Assembly (NCBI GenBank): GCA_964405335.1
Contig: CAYONP010000017.1
Coordinates: forward strand, 8,570 to 72,569
DNA: 64,000 bases
Direction: 5' to 3'
From: an uncultured Fimbriimonadaceae bacterium
Lineage (GTDB): Bacteria > Armatimonadota > UBA10988
Shown: in pieces, positions 1-8,079 of the stretch
How positions within the stretch are numbered: position 1 is the stretch's first letter
How the letters are laid out: each line of letters starts with the position of its first letter
Position numbers and translations under genes: made by a program
Notes under the pieces: generated by a model
Told to the model about the DNA's origin: nothing
What the model saw: the letters and a program-made list of their open reading frames with translations, nothing else
Database searches by the model: none

Positions 1-1393
1 GGTGATCTTCGGCGAACGTATAGTCGGCCAGGTAGCCCAGGCGCAGGTTCTCGGCCAGCTTGTCGCGGCCAATCAACGCCGCCTTGATCTTGGCCAGCAG
101 CGCCTGATCGACCGCCGGCGCGGGGGGCTCGACCGGCCGCCGCGGCGGCGGGTTCTCGGGCGAGACCGCGTCGAGCCAGTCGGCGAACGCCTCGCCCGAC
201 CAGTCGGCGTCGGGCAGCACCTCGACGTCCAGGCCGAAGTAGGCGGCGACCGGTTCGAGCGGCACGACGGGATAGCCGTCGAGCAGCCGGGCGGGGGCGG
301 GGAGGGTGATCACCGTGCCGTCGGCGGCGATCGCCTCGGGTTCGTCGAGGATGAAGTTGAGGTGCTGGTTGCCGCGGGAGATGCTGAGGGGTTTGGGAGT
401 CTCGAGCCAGGTGGCGAAGTGGTCGTCGGGTAACCTCGGCTGCAGCCGCCAGGAAAGCTGGTCGAGCGGCCGGGCGCCCGGCTCAGGCGGCCGGCCCCAG
501 TAAGCCCAGTCGCCGAACGACACGGTCAGGCCAATGGCTTCGAGGTAGGGGGAGGCGACGAGGACCACGTCGCCCATGCTGACCGGCTTGGGCACGGGAT
601 GGGAGCGTGCCTCGCGCTGGCCAGGCGCGCGCTCGTAGGGCCAGCGTTCGGTCCAAGGCGGCACGGTCAGCGGCTGGCCGTCGACGGCGAGCCGCCGCGG
701 GACGGTCAGGTAGTCGGTTGGCGGGCCCATGTCGAAGGTGAACGGATAACCATGCCAGTTCGCGATCATCGCGCGGACGGCCTGTTCGGCGAGCCAAACT
801 TCGGCGGGTGACGTGGATCCCTCGCGGGGATGGTCGCGGTCGACCCGGCAGGCGACGCGGGCCGAGCAGGAGAAGCCGTCTAGGCCCTTGGCCGAGACTT
901 CGTACTCATGCTCGGGAAGGAAGCGCGACCGGACGAGGGCGAGGCCGATGGGGTCGCCGGTGGCGGCACCGACGGCGACGTCGACACGGCCGATGGGCAG
1001 TAGCTGGGCCACAGCCCAGCGCGGCAGGCCGCTGGCTGGAGCGACGGTATGCCCGACCCCGACGCGCAGCACCGCCGTGCGCCGGAAAGGCCGAGGGCCA
1101 GCGGTGGCGGGCGACACCGACAGGTAGCGCGAAGCTCGTCCGGCCCCCTCGGGCTGATTCGTCCGGCCGCGCAGCTCCTGGCACAGGGCCTGTAACTCGC
1201 GCCCGAACTGCTCAGCCGTTGCCGCCCGCACGAGGGGCGTCGGGTCAGCTGGCCAATGCACCGCTCGCCCCTCCTCGAGTGCCGTGGACTGCGGACCACG
1301 CACCGCTGCCAGGGCAAGGCCGACCGCGACGCCGGCCAGTGCGAACGAGGTGAGGAGCCATCGAGACCGCAAGCGCGGCCGATCTGATTGCAT
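1..1393 (-). CDS. hypothetical signal-anchored protein (partial; 3' end lies beyond window start)
   Basis: Absent from the ORF track because no stop lies inside the window. In the minus-strand frame corresponding to plus triplets 2-4, 5-7, ... I found no TTA/CTA/TCA up to the ATG at 1393-1391 (GGAG about 6 nt upstream). The N-terminus MQSDRPRLRSRWLLTSFALAGVAVGLALAAV looks like a signal anchor. The rest has ordinary composition (WLAEQAVRAMIANWHGYPFTFDMGPPTDYL; GYPVVPLEPVAAYFGLDVEV), unlike the Arg/Pro-rich ORFs listed for this region. Confidence 0.7.
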   Translation of the reverse strand, partial: MQSDRPRLRSRWLLTSFALAGVAVGLALAAVRGPQSTALEEGRAVHWPADPTPLVRAATAEQFGRELQALCQELRGRTNQPEGAGRASRYLSVSPATAGPRPFRRTAVLRVGVGHTVAPASGLPRWAVAQLLPIGRVDVAVGAATGDPIGLALVRSRFLPEHEYEVSAKGLDGFSCSARVACRVDRDHPREGSTSPAEVWLAEQAVRAMIANWHGYPFTFDMGPPTDYLTVPRRLAVDGQPLTVPPWTERWPYERAPGQREARSHPVPKPVSMGDVVLVASPYLEAIGLTVSFGDWAYWGRPPEPGARPLDQLSWRLQPRLPDDHFATWLETPKPLSISRGNQHLNFILDEPEAIAADGTVITLPAPARLLDGYPVVPLEPVAAYFGLDVEVLPDADWSGEAFADWLDAVSPENPPPRRPVEPPAPAVDQALLAKIKAALIGRDKLAENLRLGYLADYTFAEDH

Positions 1394-1467
1394 TGGAGTC
1401 TCCGCTCCTTCGCCAGACGCTCCGTGCCCGGCTATGCCTGCGCCCCTGGCGCACGCACCTACTCCTC

Positions 1468-2646
1468 CTAGGGCGCATGCCATCCGACATCGACCGTGGG
1501 AGTGCCAGAGCTCGGCTCCGGACTGGGCTCGACCCACACCGCCTCAAACCACGCTGAGGAACTCCACGCAATGGCTATGTCGACAAGACAGGTCGAGGGC
1601 ACAGCGTACGCCCCATCCTCAACCTGGAAACAGACGCAACCATCGTAGATCCCGCCATCGAAGCTCATCGCCTGATGGAATGCAAACGTGCTGCTTACGT
1701 ACCAGTCGTTCGTGTGTCCAGACCTGCGATGCCCGTTGTACGCGAAAGAACCAGGCGGCTGAGGCGCCATGAACACTCCTGCCTCGATGCCCACGGTGGC
1801 AGCCATGACCATCAAGTGGCAGGCGATGGTGGCGCACATCCCGGTTGTCTGGCCTTCGCCATAGTCATCGAGCCAGTCGCGGAGCCAAAACACCTCGGCG
1901 AGGAACTCTCCCTGCTCATTCTTGTAGACACCAAAGTACTCGGTCGAACTCGGATCATAGTTCCAGATCGCCTGTTCGTCAAGGATGGTCACTCCATCAT
2001 CCTCATCGACGCCCCACGAACACTCGACGAGCTTCTTCAGCGCAGCTTCCGCTTCGGACTCGAACTTCATCCACCAAGTAGAGTGAGCCAGCGCGGACAT
2101 CCACACGACCGCCTGTGGGGCTACCGGAGCATCCAGCACAGTATAGATGTGAAACCACACCTGCCTCGTTGTGCGGAACATCCACGGCGCTGACTCCGTA
2201 GACTTGGCGTAGATGTAGAAGTTGCCGTGCAGCTCACCGTAGGCGATGCATGCTGGGAGCTCAGGCAGGGAGAGCGTATCCGCTGCCGGGAGTGGAGATT
2301 GCGATGTGCCGTACACAACTCCAAACTCCTGGTACGTCAGTGCGGGATGGTGCGGGAACACATCCATCGTGAGGGCCAGCACCACGCCCACGTATGGATA
2401 CGACTCGACCTCCGAGAAGTCCCAGTCGATTGTCGGTGCGGTGTCCATCGTGAAACAGGCGAACTCATGCTGGTTGCCGTAGTAACAGACCGGCGGACAG
2501 GGAATCGGATCCTCCTCCTCGTCCTCCCCCGGCCGCATCTCGTGGCAGTCGCCGGTCAGCGTCACGTCCCAGTCGTTCTCACCGGCCCAGGCCGCGCCGG
2601 CCAGCCAGGCCAGCCCCACAACCCAACGCACCCACCGCGCGTCCAT
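1468..2646 (-). CDS. secreted protein, possible transglutaminase-like (papain-fold) Cys-His-Asp domain
   Basis: 392-aa ORF with signal peptide MDARWVRWVVGLAWLAGAAWAGE and an acidic, Trp/Tyr-rich mature part. GMCATIACHLMVMAATVGIEAG ... FAFHQAMSFDGGIYD resembles a transglutaminase-core Cys/His/Asp arrangement (tentative). The DNA is visibly less GC-rich than the flanks. Confidence 0.7.
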   Translation of the reverse strand: MDARWVRWVVGLAWLAGAAWAGENDWDVTLTGDCHEMRPGEDEEEDPIPCPPVCYYGNQHEFACFTMDTAPTIDWDFSEVESYPYVGVVLALTMDVFPHHPALTYQEFGVVYGTSQSPLPAADTLSLPELPACIAYGELHGNFYIYAKSTESAPWMFRTTRQVWFHIYTVLDAPVAPQAVVWMSALAHSTWWMKFESEAEAALKKLVECSWGVDEDDGVTILDEQAIWNYDPSSTEYFGVYKNEQGEFLAEVFWLRDWLDDYGEGQTTGMCATIACHLMVMAATVGIEAGVFMAPQPPGSFAYNGHRRSGHTNDWYVSSTFAFHQAMSFDGGIYDGCVCFQVEDGAYAVPSTCLVDIAIAWSSSAWFEAVWVEPSPEPSSGTPTVDVGWHAP

Positions 2647-2847
2647 CCCATCCTCCGGGTGGCGGAGGCCGCCAAACCGAGTCTATCATCTCGACAGATG
2701 GAGTGCCACTGCGCGGGCGTTGACTTTGTGACGCGGTTGTTGCGAGCGGCGTAGCCGCGGCGTGGCCCGCCGGGCTGTATTGACCTCGGCCCGCTCCGGC
2801 CGTACCCTTGGGGCCCATGCCGGGCCGCGTCCGGCGCGGAGTGTGCC

Positions 2848-4152
2848 GTGCAGCGTCCGTCGGTCAGGGTCAACGTCACCGTCAAGCCCGAGCTGACGGT
2901 GCGTCGTCCACCGCGGGCGTTGATCGAGCTGCTCGACCAGCCCGAGGATGAGTTCCGCGAGTATGTCGCCGCGGTCGAGCACAGCCGCGAGTTCCAGGAC
3001 CTGATCGACGCCGGAGCGGTGCGTCGCGTGCGGGCCCGCGGGCGGCTGCCGCGCGAAAAGTACGAAGAGTACATGGACGTGCAGTTGATGCAGTTCCTGC
3101 GTCAACACCAGATCACCCGCCACAGCGACTGGGAGCGCGTCTTCGCCGACCCCGCCTCGCTCGAGAAGTTGCCCGTCCTGGCCGCCAGGTTCGACGTCGA
3201 CGCCGAGCAGCTCGGCAAGATGATCGGCTATTACCAGCAGGTGACCTTCGAGGAGGAGGCCGCCGCGCGCTACGGTCACGCCGACCTCGACGCGCCCGAG
3301 CCTGATTACGTCGAGCTGATCCCGTCGCGCGCCGACCTCGACCTGACCGACCAGATCGTGCTCATGCGCGACTTTGTCGAGGTCTATGGGATCGACCAGG
3401 AGGAGTTCAGCCGCGAGTTCATGAGCGGCGACCGATCGGCCGAGGCACTGGCCGCCGCCTACAGCGCGCCGATCGATGAGGTGCGCGAGATCCTCGACGC
3501 GCTGGGCCGGGTGCAGATTGCCGAGACGTTTGTCGCCGGCGCCGAGCGGCGCGACCGGCCGGCGCGCGCGGCTGGCCAGCCGGTCGAGCACATCGAGCCG
3601 GTGGCGCGCGTGCTGCTGACGGACCAGGCGCGGGCGGTCTCGATTCAGTTCACCGATGACGGCATGTATGCGCAGCGGTACCGGACCAGCCCGGCGGCGC
3701 TGCAGAAGATCGAGACGCTGCGCGGCGACCAGGGCCACCTCGAGCGGCTGCTGCTCGAGCTGCAGTGGATCAACCAGCGGAAGAACCTGCTCTGCCGCCT
3801 GGTGCTGGCCGCCTGCAACCACCAGTACCCCTACTTCTTGACCGGCGATGTGCACGCGCTGAAGCCGCTGTCGCAGGCCGAGATTGCCCGGCAGCTCGGC
3901 GAGGACGAGGCGACCATCTGCCGGCTGTTGCGCGACAAGTACCTCGACACGCCGACCGGGCCGATGGAGCTGAAATACCTGTTCCAGAAAAAGACCGACG
4001 TGGTGCGGCGGATTGTCGAGCGTCACCCGGAGTTGACCGACAACGAGATCCGCGAGATCCTCGAACGCGACTTCGAGACCAACATCTCGCGCCGCACGGT
4101 CGCCTATCACCGGCTCAAAGCCCAACGCGCGCAGAATGCCAAGCCGCACTGA
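2848..4152 (+). CDS. divergent sigma-54 (RpoN)-like protein
   Basis: The C-terminus LKPLSQAEIARQLGEDEATICRLLRDKYLDTPTGPMELKYLF ... LTDNEIREILERDFETNISRRTVAYHRLK parallels the HTH and RpoN box of sigma-54. It aligns by eye with the canonical RpoN at 14639-16015 (LRPLTRLQIARQLGIHESTVGRAVAGKFVQLP ... ARRTVAKYRQML). The N-terminal and core-binding regions are far more diverged. A GTG start is assumed. Confidence 0.65.
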   Translation: MQRPSVRVNVTVKPELTVRRPPRALIELLDQPEDEFREYVAAVEHSREFQDLIDAGAVRRVRARGRLPREKYEEYMDVQLMQFLRQHQITRHSDWERVFADPASLEKLPVLAARFDVDAEQLGKMIGYYQQVTFEEEAAARYGHADLDAPEPDYVELIPSRADLDLTDQIVLMRDFVEVYGIDQEEFSREFMSGDRSAEALAAAYSAPIDEVREILDALGRVQIAETFVAGAERRDRPARAAGQPVEHIEPVARVLLTDQARAVSIQFTDDGMYAQRYRTSPAALQKIETLRGDQGHLERLLLELQWINQRKNLLCRLVLAACNHQYPYFLTGDVHALKPLSQAEIARQLGEDEATICRLLRDKYLDTPTGPMELKYLFQKKTDVVRRIVERHPELTDNEIREILERDFETNISRRTVAYHRLKAQRAQNAKPH

Positions 4153-5113
4153 GCCAACCGAGCCGACCATCGCGGGCGGCGCGCTCGAAGCCTGGCTGAC
4201 CCTCTGCCTGCCCTGGCTCGTGGCGCTGGTGCTGGCCGCCGTGCCGGCGCTGGTGCTGCAACCGCGGCCGGCGCTCAGCGGCCCGCGGCAGTTCATCGTC
4301 GGCGCCTTTGACGAGCCCGATGGGCCCAGCCGGCTGATGCTCTTCGACCTGGCCGCCTCGACCGACGAGCTGCTCGCCCGGCCGGGCGGAGCGAGCCTCG
4401 AGCGCGAGCGGGTGCGGTTCGAGCCCGAGACCATCCAAGGCCTGCTCGGCGGTGGGATCGACGGCGGCGCGACAACCCACCAGGTCGAGGTCTACCTGCC
4501 GCGGATGCAGGGCGAGCCGCTGCTGCTGGTCACCGTCCGCCCCTCGCGGCTCTGGCCGCCGGCGCCGTGGGACATCTATCTTTACCAGGTGACCGACGGC
4601 GCGCCCGTCCTGCTGATTGCGCGGCGCGACGAGCCGGCGCCGTGGATCCTCCGGCGTGACTGGGAAGACCGGCCGTTGTTCGAATCGACCGCCATGCGGC
4701 GCCGCGGCGAGCGCGTGGCCTGGCGCGACGGCGGCTACCGGCTCGAGCCGATCGGGGCCTGGCACGAGGTCTTCGCCGTGCGCGTTGGCGGGCTGCTGCA
4801 GAGCCTGCGCTGGTGGATGCTCGTGCTCGCCGCCGGGCCGGTCCTGGCGCTGCTGGTGCCGGTCCGCGGCGTGGCCGGCATGGCCGCCGACCTGTGGCCC
4901 TACGCGCTGTCGCCGGCGCGCGAGGTGGGCCTGTGCCTGGCCCTGCTGGCCGGCCTGGCGCTGGCCGCGGCCGGCCTGGCACTGCTCGCGGCGATGCGGG
5001 CCTTTCCGGCCTGGGACCACGCCTCGGCCTTGCTGCTCCCGGTGCTGGTGGCACTGCCGATCGGCGTGCCGCTGGCGATCCTCGGCCGGCAGGTGACTCA
5101 GCGCTGGTCGTAG
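4136..5113 (+). CDS. hypothetical membrane protein
   Basis: 325-aa ORF whose start overlaps the upstream stop by 17 nt. It has an N-terminal TM helix (WLTLCLPWLVALVLAAVPALVL), a soluble middle part (WDIYLYQVTDGAPVLLIARRDEPAPW) and several C-terminal TM helices. No family recognised. Confidence 0.6.
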   Translation: MPSRTEPTEPTIAGGALEAWLTLCLPWLVALVLAAVPALVLQPRPALSGPRQFIVGAFDEPDGPSRLMLFDLAASTDELLARPGGASLERERVRFEPETIQGLLGGGIDGGATTHQVEVYLPRMQGEPLLLVTVRPSRLWPPAPWDIYLYQVTDGAPVLLIARRDEPAPWILRRDWEDRPLFESTAMRRRGERVAWRDGGYRLEPIGAWHEVFAVRVGGLLQSLRWWMLVLAAGPVLALLVPVRGVAGMAADLWPYALSPAREVGLCLALLAGLALAAAGLALLAAMRAFPAWDHASALLLPVLVALPIGVPLAILGRQVTQRWS

Positions 5114-5991
5114 AAGCCGAGCCGCCGCAGGGCCTGTTCGTCCTTGCGCCAGTTCTTCATCACCTTGACATGCAGGTCGAGGTAGACGCGGCCTTGCAGC
5201 CAGCCCTCGAGCTGCTCGCGCGCCAGACTGCCGATCTTGCGCAGCATCTGGCCCGCGCGGCCGATCACGATGCCCTTCTGCGATTCGCGCTCGACATACA
5301 GGTTGGCCGCGATGTAGGTCAGCCCGTTGTCGCGCTGCTGCCACTCCTGCACCTTGACCGCCACGGCGTGGGGCACTTCCTGGCCGGTACAGCGGAGCAC
5401 CGCCTCGCGGATCAGCTCGCCGCCAATCTCGCGCTCGTAGGCGTCGGCAATCTGGTCGGGCGGGTAGAACGGCGGGCTGATCGGCAGGCGCGAGACGACA
5501 TCCTCGAGCAGGTCGGCCAGCCCGTCGCCGCGCGTGGCCGAGATGAGGTGGACCGCCGCCGGCTGCAGCTCGCCCGCGTAAGCCTCGGGCCGGGGCACAG
5601 CGCGCGGCGCGTCGATCTTGTTGACCACCAGCAGCTTCGGCGCCGGGCAACCGATGGCGCGCTGCACGACCAGCGCATCCTCATCGCCCGGCGGGCGGGT
5701 GCAGTCGACCACGCAGAGCACCACCTCGGCGTCGTCGAGGGCCAGGTCGGCGGCCTCGTTCATCTTCCGGCCGAGCGAGTGGACCGCCTGGTGGATCCCC
5801 GGCGTGTCGACGAAAACGACCTGGGCGTCGTCGCGGCTGAAGATGCCGAGCAGCCGCCGGCGGGTGGTCTGCGGCACCGGCGAGGTCGGCGCCAGCTTCT
5901 CGCCGACCAGCGCGTTGACCAGCGTCGACTTGCCGACGTTCGGCCGGCCGATGACCGCGGCATAGCCGGCGCGATGCGTCGCCTCAGACAT
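5098..5991 (-). CDS. era: GTPase Era
   Basis: 297 aa with G1 GRPNVGKST, G3 DTPG, G4 NKID and a C-terminal KH domain. Typical Era layout. Confidence 0.95.
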   Translation of the reverse strand: MSEATHRAGYAAVIGRPNVGKSTLVNALVGEKLAPTSPVPQTTRRRLLGIFSRDDAQVVFVDTPGIHQAVHSLGRKMNEAADLALDDAEVVLCVVDCTRPPGDEDALVVQRAIGCPAPKLLVVNKIDAPRAVPRPEAYAGELQPAAVHLISATRGDGLADLLEDVVSRLPISPPFYPPDQIADAYEREIGGELIREAVLRCTGQEVPHAVAVKVQEWQQRDNGLTYIAANLYVERESQKGIVIGRAGQMLRKIGSLAREQLEGWLQGRVYLDLHVKVMKNWRKDEQALRRLGFYDQR

Positions 5992-7162
5992 CGTCGGCCT
6001 CCACCTCGTCGAGCGCGACGACGAGCACTCCGACCAGCACGCCGATGTGGCTGGCCCGCGCCTCCTCGCCGGCGGCCTCGGCCTCGCGCGCCAGCCGTTG
6101 CAGCGACCGCAGCGCCGGCTCGCCGACCAGCTCGGGGTAGCGTTCGAGCACCTCGCCCGCTTCGTCGAGCGTCGCCGCGGCCAGCAGCGCCTCGACCGCC
6201 GCCAGGCTCAGTTCGGACGGGTCGGTTCGCGCCGATGGTGAGTAGACCGCCGCGGCCAGATCGTCCGGCGTGGCCGGCAGCATCATGCCCTCGACGATCT
6301 CGCCGAACAGGCGGGCATGCTCGTGCATGCCTTCACGCTGCTCGAGCCGCTCGAGCTCGAGCGCCGCGCGAAGCCCGTCGTCGCGCGCGGTGGGTGGTTC
6401 GAGATACTCGCTGGCTGCCTCGATGTCGGCCGCGGCGAGCAGCTCCTCGACCACCACGGGCAGGTCGTCGGGTAGCGACTCGTCGGGCTCGACCTCCTCG
6501 GGCACCTGCATGTGCAACAGGGCCAGCACGTCGCCGAGCAGCTCGGCGATCTGCCGTTCGACTTCGGCCTCGGCGGCGGCAGCCGCCGCTTCGAGCGCCG
6601 CGAAGGTCGCCGGCTCGAGCAGCATCGGCTGCTCGTTGAGCACCTCGACCAACTGCTCCGGCGTGGCCACCGGCGAGAGCGCCTCGAGCGTCGCGACGAC
6701 TTCGCGGCGCCGACCCGCTTCGGCCCAGCGCAGCGTCTCGCGCAGGTTAGGGTGATAGGCGATCTCGGCCACGCTCACCGGCGCCGCGCCGCCGCCGACC
6801 TCGACGGCAAACTGCTCGGCCGAGGCGACCACCACCGGCGCCAGCAGGTAGTCGCCCGGATCGTCGTTGCCGCCGGCCCGGAGCAGGCGTGTGAGCAGGC
6901 TGACGACCAGATCGTCGGCCTGCGCGAGGAAGGCCGGCGGCACGAAGGCGACGGCCAACTCGCGGGCCGGGTCGTGGTAGAGCAGCGGCACACTGGCCAG
7001 GTGCGGGCGACCGCAGGCCGGGCACGTGGTCCGGTTGAGGCGGCCCGGCAGCAGGTCGGGCTCGAGGCCCACATCGGCGACGATGCGCACCCGCTGCTCG
7101 AAGGCGTGGCCGCAGGCGGGGCAGACCAGCGCCGCGCCGTCGACCTCGAAGCCGTGATGCAT
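5984..7162 (-). CDS. CpXC-type zinc-ribbon domain protein with helical C-terminal region
   Basis: N-terminal CPACGHAF...(about 35 aa)...CPACGRPHLASVPLLYHDP matches the CpXC architecture. The remainder is Ala/Glu/Leu-rich and helical. The stop overlaps the era start by 8 nt. Confidence 0.7.
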   Translation of the reverse strand: MHHGFEVDGAALVCPACGHAFEQRVRIVADVGLEPDLLPGRLNRTTCPACGRPHLASVPLLYHDPARELAVAFVPPAFLAQADDLVVSLLTRLLRAGGNDDPGDYLLAPVVVASAEQFAVEVGGGAAPVSVAEIAYHPNLRETLRWAEAGRRREVVATLEALSPVATPEQLVEVLNEQPMLLEPATFAALEAAAAAAEAEVERQIAELLGDVLALLHMQVPEEVEPDESLPDDLPVVVEELLAAADIEAASEYLEPPTARDDGLRAALELERLEQREGMHEHARLFGEIVEGMMLPATPDDLAAAVYSPSARTDPSELSLAAVEALLAAATLDEAGEVLERYPELVGEPALRSLQRLAREAEAAGEEARASHIGVLVGVLVVALDEVEADDV

Positions 7163-7200
7163 GGTCCTCGCCCGCCACCATTGTACCAGCCGAGTCCGGA

Positions 7201-8079
7201 TCAGAAGATGGCCAGCAGCCGGAGCAGGAACAACTCATCGTCGAATGGCGCCGGCGCGTCGCGCCACTCCATCCGCGCCTCGGCCCGGTAGTACTCCCCC
7301 AGCCGCGCCGTGGCGCCGAGTCGGGTGGTGGTCACCGGGCCGGCCAGGTCCTCGTTGTACAGCGTCTGCGCCAGGTGCAACTCGACCGGCGCGCCGGGGA
7401 GCCGGTAGGCGCCGCGGTAGAGCCAGCCGCGGAAGTCGCCGCCGGCCGCCTGGCCGAGATAAAGCTGACCGGTCACCGTCGCCCGGCGGCCGCTCCAGCC
7501 GCCGTGCAGCGCGGCCTGGGTGTACGATTCGCCGGCCGCATCGCTGCCGAAGAAGAGCGACCCGCCGCCGCGCAGTCGGTCGCCGATCTCGATTCGCCCG
7601 GCATAGGCCAGTTGGTCGTTGTCCGACGTCGTGCCGCCGGCCGCATCGAGCGCCAGCGGGCCGAGCTCGCGGTGGAGCAGCACGCCGGTCAGCTCGCTGT
7701 CGAGATAAACGTTGCCCATGCGCCAGCCGTCATAGGTGGTGAACAGGTCGCGCGCCCCGACGGCGTAGCGGTCGGTCGGGTCGGTCTCGCGGTCGCCGAA
7801 CGGCGCGCGGAAGCGCCCGACCACGACATCGCAGATGCGCCGCGTCTGCGGCAGGCTGAGGTAGAGCTCGGCCAGGTGCGGATCGCCGCCGGCGACGCTG
7901 AGATTGACGAAGGCATCGAGCACGCCGGGCTGGCTGTAGGTCAAGTCGATGCCCGCCAGGCGACCGAAGTCGAACCGCGTCTCGCCACCGAGCTGGAGCT
8001 CGAGGTCGACCCGCCCGCCGAGAAAGACATCCTGCGCCGAGCACGGCGCGACCAGGCACCAGACCAGCCACCACCTCAC
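7201..8079 (-). CDS. outer-membrane beta-barrel protein (hypothetical)
   Basis: The first 248 codons of track ORF 7201..8823 are Arg/Ala/Gly junk overlapping the real upstream gene. GTG at 8079-8077 forms a GTGA overlap with that gene's stop. The product starts (M)RWWLVWCLVAPCSAQ (signal peptide), has an alternating strand-like sequence and ends ...FLLRLLAIF (terminal Phe). Confidence 0.65.
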   Translation of the reverse strand: MRWWLVWCLVAPCSAQDVFLGGRVDLELQLGGETRFDFGRLAGIDLTYSQPGVLDAFVNLSVAGGDPHLAELYLSLPQTRRICDVVVGRFRAPFGDRETDPTDRYAVGARDLFTTYDGWRMGNVYLDSELTGVLLHRELGPLALDAAGGTTSDNDQLAYAGRIEIGDRLRGGGSLFFGSDAAGESYTQAALHGGWSGRRATVTGQLYLGQAAGGDFRGWLYRGAYRLPGAPVELHLAQTLYNEDLAGPVTTTRLGATARLGEYYRAEARMEWRDAPAPFDDELFLLRLLAIF

